A stretch of DNA of 64,000 nt, taken from assembly GCA_963674735.2 (NCBI GenBank), contig CAXXQS010000001.1, positions 1,184,001 to 1,248,000 on the forward strand. The letters run 5' to 3'. Origin of the DNA: Myxococcota bacterium (GTDB lineage Bacteria; Myxococcota_A; SURF-8). Shown here in pieces: positions 57,341-64,000 of the stretch. Made by a program: the position numbers and the translations under genes. Within the stretch, counting starts at the first letter, position 1. Each line of letters starts with the position of its first letter. The notes under the pieces were generated by a model, which was not told where the DNA came from, searched no databases, and was given only the letters and a program-made list of their open reading frames with translations.

Positions 57341-58249
57341 TTAGCTTCCAAGTATTCGCGGAATGACAGCTCGCCTGCCCGTATAGCGCAGATAGGTAAT
57401 GTCCGGTTCGCCAAGTGCGATTACGGCATGAATCTTTTCACGATCGGGTATGCCGATCCGTCGTGCAATCGATGGATCGTGTTTCATGGCTTCAACGGCG
57501 AATCCAATCAGGCAGCTTCCATATCCCATCGTGTGCGCAGCCAACATGATGTTTTGTGCCGCCAAGCAAGCGTCTTCCGTGGGACAGGAACCGCCGGGCT
57601 CACTGCCGATCAGAATTACGGCTGGGGCCCCGTGGAACAGGCGGTCGCGACCGGTAAGTTCGTTTTCCCTCAAGGCGCGTTCCACATCGGCGAAGTAGTC
57701 ACGATAGTAGATGTCCAAAGCGTTTCCCATTGTCGCTTTGGCCAGCAGGCGAAAGATGGAGTTTGCGGCTTTGCGGTTCAAATTGCGGAAGAAATCGGCG
57801 ATGATTCCAGCCAATGTCTCGACTGCGGCGCGATCGGGAAGAATGGAAAATGTCCAGAGTTGGTCGTTCGATCCAGAAGGCGCGCTGGTCCCGATACGCA
57901 CCAAATCTTCGAGAACAGTCCGAGGGACCGTGGTTTTCTGATAACGGCGGCAGGAGCGCCGTGAGTACATCAGGCGAACTAATTCAGCCGTTTCACTTTC
58001 GCCCGGTTTGATCGGCTTCTGGGGTACGTCGATGGTGGACAAAGATAAAGCCGTTTCGTCAATGAAAGGAACCTGAATGGCATCGGCGGGACAAACGGCC
58101 GCGCACTGTCCACAGCCGATGGAGGAATCGCGTGCCATCTGGGCTTTTTCGCCGTAAATTCCAATGGTATCCTTGGGGCAAACCTGTGTGCATGCTCCGC
58201 ATCCGATACAGCGTACAGGGTCGATGATAATGCGTCCTGTTGAACTCAT
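57341..58249 (-). CDS. Nitroreductase with N-terminal 4Fe-4S ferredoxin domain
   Basis: CIGCGACTQVCP and SIGCGQCAAVCP; RRSCRRY, APSGSN and GYGSC motifs. Confidence 0.92.
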   Translation of the reverse strand: MSSTGRIIIDPVRCIGCGACTQVCPKDTIGIYGEKAQMARDSSIGCGQCAAVCPADAIQVPFIDETALSLSTIDVPQKPIKPGESETAELVRLMYSRRSCRRYQKTTVPRTVLEDLVRIGTSAPSGSNDQLWTFSILPDRAAVETLAGIIADFFRNLNRKAANSIFRLLAKATMGNALDIYYRDYFADVERALRENELTGRDRLFHGAPAVILIGSEPGGSCPTEDACLAAQNIMLAAHTMGYGSCLIGFAVEAMKHDPSIARRIGIPDREKIHAVIALGEPDITYLRYTGRRAVIPRILGS

Positions 58250-58345
58250 GAGTGCCTCACAACTTATGGGAAATGGAAAACTGAGTTTCGCGAAAACGAA
58301 TTGGATTATTCAAGCAATACTTATACAATCACGCATATATATTTG

Positions 58346-59377
58346 TTATGAATGATACTTTCTTTTTTCTCTGAAAAGCAACCCGATAAAAAATGGGCCG
58401 CCGATTAATGCCGTCAAGATGCCGACGGGTAACTCGGTAGGCGCAAAAATCGTGCGCGCCACCGTGTCGCAGATTACAAGAAATCCGGCTCCAGCCAACA
58501 GACAAGCAGGCATCAGGATGCGATGGTCCGGGCCGATGAGAAAACGGACGGTATGTGGCACGATCAGCCCCACAAATCCGATTGGTCCCGCCACCGATAC
58601 GACGGCAGCGACGATCAAGGAGGATGCTCCGTAGATCATGCGCGGCGACTTGACCACATCGACTCCTCTAACATGAGCCATGTAAGATCCGAAACTGAGC
58701 TGGTTGAGGTCGGAACTTTTTAGTAGAAGAACGCCGCCACCAAGCAGCCAAAACGGCAAAACACCCCAGACTGCGTCGAAACCGAGGATATCCAAGCCGC
58801 CCATCAGCCAGCGGACCATACGGTAACTCTCAGCAAAATCGGCGGCATAATGGACAAACAAAATCATGGCCGAGAAGAAAAAACTTAGGGAAATACCGGC
58901 TAGAAGCAGAATGTGGGTTGGTAGTTGGTTCCGGGTACGGGCCAGTGAGTAGACGAGAAAAACGGTTCCCAACGCTCCCAGGAAAGCGAAAGCGGCGGTG
59001 GTGGAGATGCCGAACAGGCTGATGTCCAATCCCAACTTGATGGCCAACACCGCCCCCAGCGACCCTCCGCTCGAAACTCCCAGAGTATAAGGTGTTGCGA
59101 GGGGGTTACGAAGGAGAGCTTGAAAAGCCGCACCGGCTATAGCCAAACCTCCGCCTGTCAGCGCGGCGAGAAGAGTTCGCGGCAGGCGCATGGCAAACAA
59201 AATGTTGGCATCGAGATTGTTTGATATGTTTTGCCAGTGGCTTAACGCTTTTTCCGGATCGATAGCAACCGAACCGACAAAAGGCGAAATGCAGAGAGCC
59301 AGACCGGCGAACAGGGCAAAGGGAAGGAGTTTGATTATTGTCCGAGGGAATCCCCGAGAAGTCATCAATCCCCTCAT
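58346..59377 (-). CDS. FecCD/BtuC-family ABC permease
   Basis: RLPR, RNPLATPYTLGVSSG, GPIGFVGLIVPH and ELPVGI motifs. Confidence 0.93.
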   Translation of the reverse strand: MRGLMTSRGFPRTIIKLLPFALFAGLALCISPFVGSVAIDPEKALSHWQNISNNLDANILFAMRLPRTLLAALTGGGLAIAGAAFQALLRNPLATPYTLGVSSGGSLGAVLAIKLGLDISLFGISTTAAFAFLGALGTVFLVYSLARTRNQLPTHILLLAGISLSFFFSAMILFVHYAADFAESYRMVRWLMGGLDILGFDAVWGVLPFWLLGGGVLLLKSSDLNQLSFGSYMAHVRGVDVVKSPRMIYGASSLIVAAVVSVAGPIGFVGLIVPHTVRFLIGPDHRILMPACLLAGAGFLVICDTVARTIFAPTELPVGILTALIGGPFFIGLLFREKRKYHS

Positions 59378-60159
59378 TTCGCTTGCGGAACGACAAAAGG
59401 TCGATCAGTGTCGGGATGGCGACCGGAAAGAACTGAAATTCCGAAATAACGTTCGACCGTGGTGGGCGTGATAAGCGTTTTCGGCTCTCCTTGTGCGGCA
59501 ATACGTCCTTTATCAAGTAAGAGAATCGTATCGCAGAATTGAGATCCCAAGTTAAGATCATGGGTTACGGCAATGATGGTCAAACCATGCTCGTTGTTGA
59601 GACGTCTGAGAACATTGTAAATGTGGACTTGGTGTCGTAAATCGAGAGATGATGTGGGCTCGTCCAGTAGTAAAATATCACTTTTTTGTGCCAAGGCTCC
59701 CGCCAAAACAACTCTCTGTTTTTCACCTCCGGATAGTTCCATCACCGAGCGATGGGCTAAATCTCCGACGTCGGTTTGGTCCATGGCCCACGTAACGACT
59801 TCGTCGTCATCACGGTGAGACTTGCCGAGTAGTCCTTCGTAAGGGTAACGTCCCATTCGAATGAACTCTTCAACTGTATAAGGAAAGGGAAAACTGAAAT
59901 TCTGAGGAACAACGCCGATTTTTGTTGCGATATGTCTGCGTGTATAGTCAGCTAGCGGACGGCCTTCGAGCTTAACACTTCCATGTGAAGGGAGCAAATA
60001 GCCGGAAAGAAGCTTGATCAAAGTTGATTTTCCGGATCCGTTAGGACCGATCAGTCCGAAAAAACGCCCTTTTTCCAGTGACAAGGATATCGAATCGATA
60101 ACGGTTCGCTGGTGATATGAGAAAACAAGGTTGCGTACTTCCAGAAGCGTTTGGCCCAT
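59374..60159 (-). CDS. Fe-siderophore/cobalamin ABC ATP-binding protein
   Basis: GPNGSGKST, MGRYPY, LSGGEKQR, DEPTSSLD and HDLN motifs. Confidence 0.93.
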   Translation of the reverse strand: MGQTLLEVRNLVFSYHQRTVIDSISLSLEKGRFFGLIGPNGSGKSTLIKLLSGYLLPSHGSVKLEGRPLADYTRRHIATKIGVVPQNFSFPFPYTVEEFIRMGRYPYEGLLGKSHRDDDEVVTWAMDQTDVGDLAHRSVMELSGGEKQRVVLAGALAQKSDILLLDEPTSSLDLRHQVHIYNVLRRLNNEHGLTIIAVTHDLNLGSQFCDTILLLDKGRIAAQGEPKTLITPTTVERYFGISVLSGRHPDTDRPFVVPQAK

Positions 60160-60379
60160 AATAATTCGTACCGTCGTTCCACTGGTTAAACTTGAGGGGA
60201 CGATACTCCCAAAGGTGCCTTCACGTCAAGCTTCGGAAAGAAAACTCTGAATGACGGCTCATTCAAAATACTTGTAATGACTAAGAAAAATGGAAAATAA
60301 GGTGTTGCTGGAGAAGATGTGTCGAGGTACAATGTTGATAGGGATTCTTCTTTGTACCTCTCTCTTGCGGATGCTGAAA

Positions 60380-60769
60380 ATGACAAAGCGGATTATGATC
60401 GTTGACGATGAACCGGATGTACAACTCTTTCTCACAACGCTTTTGGAAGACCATGGGTTTGAGACTATTACCACAGAAGGGCGTCCTATTTTGGATGTTG
60501 CACGCGAAACAGTCCCCGACCTGATCTGCATGGATGTTGTGATGCCCAGACAGTCGGGCTTGTCTCTATTTCTGGGCATGAAAAAAGACCCGGAGCTCGA
60601 ACACATACCGGTGATTATGCTGACGGGCCTAACACATGGAGAAGCTTTCATCCGTGACAATCTTAAACGCCTTGATCCTGCCGCAGAATCGGTTGCTCCG
60701 GATTGTGTCGTTGAAAAGCCGATCCAAATCGATTTGTTGCTCAACCGAATTCATGATCTGACTGCATGA
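60380..60769 (+). CDS. Single-domain response regulator
   Basis: IMIVDDE, PDLICMDVVMP, IMLTG and EKP motifs. Confidence 0.88.
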   Translation: MTKRIMIVDDEPDVQLFLTTLLEDHGFETITTEGRPILDVARETVPDLICMDVVMPRQSGLSLFLGMKKDPELEHIPVIMLTGLTHGEAFIRDNLKRLDPAAESVAPDCVVEKPIQIDLLLNRIHDLTA

Positions 60770-60773
60770 AAGG

Positions 60774-62612
60774 ATGAAGATGTCGGGACAGAATCCGGAA
60801 CTCAAGCGTTGGTTAAGTGAAAAGTTGTTTAACGCTGCTCCGGTGCATATTGCTGTTATCGATCGAGATTTTAATCTCGTGCATGCCAATCATTCCTTTG
60901 AAACCACCTTTGGTGCCTGGCGGAATCGCAAATGCTACGAAGTCTACAAAGACCGGGACTCCGTTTGTTCACGTTGTTTCGCCGCTCCAACTTTTGATGA
61001 CGGCATTCCGCGGGTCGGTCACGAAACCGGCGTCAACGATGATGGTCGGGTAACGCATTATCTCAAGCACACGATTCCCGTCAGACTCAGTTCCGGGGAA
61101 GTTTCGTATCTGGTGGAAATTTCGACAGACGTAACGGCGATGGAGCGATTGAAGCAGGAAAACGAGTTGTTTTTCGATCGGGTTCCCTGCGACATGGCGA
61201 TTCTCGACCGAAACATGCGTATTGTCCGTGCCAATCAGCAAATCATCGAAAAATTCGGACACACGGAAGGTCGGCGCTGTTTTGAGGTTTTAGCGAATCA
61301 TGATCGCCGCTGTGACGATTGTCCTGCTCATCGTACCTTGGCGGATGGAAACATTCATACCGGGCATTCGAAACTGATCGATGCAAGTGGAAATCCCGTT
61401 TATCTTCAAGTAACGACCATGCCGGTTAGTTTCGAGGAGGATGAACCCACTCACGTGCTCGAAATGGCGGTGGACATCACCCGGCCTACGTTGTTGCAGG
61501 AGGAACTGAAAATCGCCCACTTGTTCCTTGAAACAACGGTTGCAACTTCGATGGATGCTGTTGTTACCATGAACGAGAAACGGGATATCACCATTATGAA
61601 TCCAGCAGCCAAGCGTCTTTTTCGGCTCGCTGATGGTGAAATATTGGAAGGGCACAAAGTCGCGGCGATGTTGCCGGATGGTTTCTTCGATGAAATTCTG
61701 AAGCGCGATAAACATGTTTATCTCCCTGATACGTTTTTGAAGTTGCCGGATATGGAGCCGATTCCCGTCAGACTTGTGGGAGCCAAGCTGATACACGAGG
61801 GGCGCCTGCTGGGTGTGGGCATGTTTATTCAGGATCAGCGCCGTCTCAAGCAACTGGAAAGTGAGAAATTGGAGGCGGAACGTCTGGCTGCCGTGGGACA
61901 AACGGTTGCCGGTCTGGCTCATGGGGTAAAGAATCTGATTACCGGCCTTGAGGGCGGTATGTACATGATGAGCACCGGACTAAAAAAAGACAATCGCAAG
62001 CGTATCGAACGCGGTTGGTCCATGCTTGATCGAAATATCGCCAGAGTGTCGAAATTTGTTAAGGATTTCCTCAGTTTTGCTAAAGGTCGTTCCATAACCG
62101 CAGCCCCTTGCGATCCGGCATCCGTTGCCAAAGAAGTTGTCGATCTCTATGCGGCCAAGGCACACAATGAAAAAATCGAGCTGCGGCTAAACGTAAAAGA
62201 CGAGATCTTTGAAGCCAATCTTGACTATGAGGGGATGCATGAATGTTTGACCAACCTCGTTGGGAATGCAATCGATGCCTGCCTGATGAGCGAATGCAAT
62301 CACCAACTGATTGTGACGGTTGAAGTTGAGGATGGCCCGGATGTGCTTCTTTTTCGGGTTTCCGACAACGGATGTGGTATGGATTACGAAGTTAAACAAA
62401 AAGTATTTACGACATTTTTTACCACCAAGGGCCTGGGAGGAACGGGACTTGGTTTGTTGATGACGCGCAAAATCGTGCAAGAACACGGCGGGACGATCGA
62501 GTTGGACTCGGAACCCGGTGTGGGCACGACTTTTACGATACGGTTGCCGCGTGCGCGGCTTCCGAAAGTGGCCCAGGAATCCGATCCGCCATGCGCCGGA
62601 TTGGAAACCTGA
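60774..62612 (+). CDS. PAS sensor histidine kinase with Cys-motif PAS domains
   Basis: Three PAS-like domains; GLAHGVKN, NAIDAC and FFTTKG..GTGLGL motifs. Confidence 0.92.
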   Translation: MKMSGQNPELKRWLSEKLFNAAPVHIAVIDRDFNLVHANHSFETTFGAWRNRKCYEVYKDRDSVCSRCFAAPTFDDGIPRVGHETGVNDDGRVTHYLKHTIPVRLSSGEVSYLVEISTDVTAMERLKQENELFFDRVPCDMAILDRNMRIVRANQQIIEKFGHTEGRRCFEVLANHDRRCDDCPAHRTLADGNIHTGHSKLIDASGNPVYLQVTTMPVSFEEDEPTHVLEMAVDITRPTLLQEELKIAHLFLETTVATSMDAVVTMNEKRDITIMNPAAKRLFRLADGEILEGHKVAAMLPDGFFDEILKRDKHVYLPDTFLKLPDMEPIPVRLVGAKLIHEGRLLGVGMFIQDQRRLKQLESEKLEAERLAAVGQTVAGLAHGVKNLITGLEGGMYMMSTGLKKDNRKRIERGWSMLDRNIARVSKFVKDFLSFAKGRSITAAPCDPASVAKEVVDLYAAKAHNEKIELRLNVKDEIFEANLDYEGMHECLTNLVGNAIDACLMSECNHQLIVTVEVEDGPDVLLFRVSDNGCGMDYEVKQKVFTTFFTTKGLGGTGLGLLMTRKIVQEHGGTIELDSEPGVGTTFTIRLPRARLPKVAQESDPPCAGLET

Positions 62613-62791
62613 AGTCAATTTGGGGATCTGAACGAGGTTTCTACAATCTGAACCGGGCTATTTGTACTCTTCGAGCACGAATCTTTGATGCCGCGGCATT
62701 TGCAGCGTAACCGTCGATCGGTGACGATACGTCGGTGCGTTGTTGCGAATAAGAGGACTTGGGTTTTCCACTCCTCGGAAGGAGGCTTGCC

Positions 62792-63250
62792 ATGGCGAAA
62801 GCGGGAGATGTCACCATTTTAGTGGTGGACGACGAGGCAGACGTGCGGGAGTATCTGACAGCTTGTCTGGAAGATCACGGTTTCAAGGTTGAAACGGCCG
62901 TGAACGGAGAAGACGCGCTGGAGAAGATGGAGTTGCGTGTTCCCGATCTGGTAACTCTGGATTTGGTAATGCCCGGCATCTCCGGCGTTCGAGTCCTCAG
63001 GCGAATGCGGAGATCACCGAAACTTGCCGAGGTTCCGGTTATTTTAATCACCGCGTTTGCGCATCATAGCGATATTTGCGGAGAAATTCGAGAACTGATG
63101 GCTGTTCCGATCAAGTATCGCCCGCGCAAACTGATGGAAAAACCGATTACTCCGCAAAAACTAGCGACAGCGATTGCCGATACGCTGAATGTTGATATGC
63201 TCGTCACGCTCGGCGACTCCCATACGGACTTTGATGTAACAGGAGTCTGA
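62792..63250 (+). CDS. Single-domain response regulator
   Basis: RBS AAGGAGG; ILVVDDE, PDLVTLDLVMP and EKP motifs. Confidence 0.9.
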   Translation: MAKAGDVTILVVDDEADVREYLTACLEDHGFKVETAVNGEDALEKMELRVPDLVTLDLVMPGISGVRVLRRMRRSPKLAEVPVILITAFAHHSDICGEIRELMAVPIKYRPRKLMEKPITPQKLATAIADTLNVDMLVTLGDSHTDFDVTGV

Positions 63251-63281
63251 AAAAAATAGCCCCGCAATAAGCGAGGCTATT
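63250..63281 (-). terminator. Terminator between convergent genes
   Basis: AATAGCCCCGC/GCGAGGCTATT stem, with a T run on the minus strand. Confidence 0.7.
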
Positions 63282-63304
63282 GGGTTAGCGAAGGGGATTA
63301 CTTT

Positions 63305-64000
63305 TCAGGGGTTGACTGTTTTGCAGCAGCGAGCGCCGATCCAAGACGCTTCATCGTTCCAACTGCGCGATATGCTGGAATTGCATTGAAGGGAACCGCT
63401 GCCTGAGAAGGCAGAACCACCCATGATATATTGATTCGGTTGGCTGTAATTCCCGTTTGTCGTCCATTCCCAGACATTTCCGGACATGTCGAAGTGACCA
63501 TAAGCGTTAGTGCAGCCCGAAAGGGATGCGGTATTGCGGACGCTTTGGCCTCCGTTCGCGTTTCCGTAATCGGCTCCATTACAGGTTAGGCTTTGATAGC
63601 TGTCGCCATACGGGTAGGCATTTTCGCCGTTCATCGAGCAGGAAGCCATCCAATCATTTGGTGAACAAAGAGATTTCCCTGCATTTTCACAGGCTTTCTT
63701 TGCTTGATCGTGAGTCATCCAACGCGAAGGAGCGACACCGGAGACCGAACAGGCCGTCGGATCGGTGATCGAGCAGAAGAAATCGCTTCCTCCGGACCCG
63801 CCGAAGCAGAACCAATAATCATCCTCACTTTGACCGCGGTAATTCCCATTGCAGTCGGAGTTACCCGAAATGACCATTTCGTACTTATCGATGCAGCGGT
63901 TGGTGCAGGGGATGCGCACCATATCGGAGTGTCCCGGACAGTCTCCCGGATCTTGGTATAGGCTAGTATCCGGCTGGTGTTCGCAGGTTCCACTGCTGCA
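63305..64000 (-). CDS. Cys-rich protein with C-terminal formylglycine-generating-enzyme (FGE/SUMF1)-like domain (5' end outside window)
   Basis: Frame open from base 64000. IDKYE, AKKACENAGK, YPYG, FDMSGNVWEW and GARCC motifs. Confidence 0.85.
   Translation of the reverse strand, partial: CSSGTCEHQPDTSLYQDPGDCPGHSDMVRIPCTNRCIDKYEMVISGNSDCNGNYRGQSEDDYWFCFGGSGGSDFFCSITDPTACSVSGVAPSRWMTHDQAKKACENAGKSLCSPNDWMASCSMNGENAYPYGDSYQSLTCNGADYGNANGGQSVRNTASLSGCTNAYGHFDMSGNVWEWTTNGNYSQPNQYIMGGSAFSGSGSLQCNSSISRSWNDEASWIGARCCKTVNP

Noticed and set aside
36741-64000. Genomic island integrated at tRNA-Leu
   Set aside because: No integrase and no duplicated tRNA 3' end were seen, and the tRNA has a normal terminator. 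A compositional shift was not quantified.

Overview
Bacterial chromosomal window, moderately high GC. Gene style (Cys-rich lipoproteins with Asp-Gly-Asp linkers, lysAC fusion, many sigma54 and two-component genes) suggests a Deltaproteobacteria/Myxococcota-like organism; this is inference only. Left to right: a truncated Cys-rich lipoprotein, DUF4395-like and Na+/H+ antiporter genes, an OMP, an ECF sigma/anti-sigma locus, lptCAB-rpoN-ptsN-hprK-rapZ-(EIIA-Man/HPr fusion)-ptsI, lysAC, a hybrid kinase and an RlmK-like methyltransferase. A lipid-catabolic operon follows, in which a 1252-bp SDR+SCP2 block occurs twice (about 99% identical), once free-standing and once fused behind an HMG-CoA-synthase-like + DUF35 module, next to an HDCF-type thiolase. 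Then come a large lipoprotein, Kef-type antiporter, DegT, MFS, HDOD, tRNA-Leu(TAA) and an arylsulfotransferase-like gene. A second notable module has a predicted sigma54 promoter with tandem enhancer palindromes upstream of a twin-Cys-motif protein and a Glu/Leu/Phe/Val dehydrogenase, divergent from an uncharacterised receiver/PEP-synthase-N-like protein and followed by a kinase/NtrC pair. The rest holds GH38, START, YncE/phosphoesterase, RhlE, RRM, flavodoxin, oxidoreductases, Fe/B12 ABC parts, a Cys-PAS kinase with two receivers and a truncated FGE-domain gene. No CRISPR, rRNA, integrase or transposase was seen. All family calls come from motif recognition by eye, not database searches.
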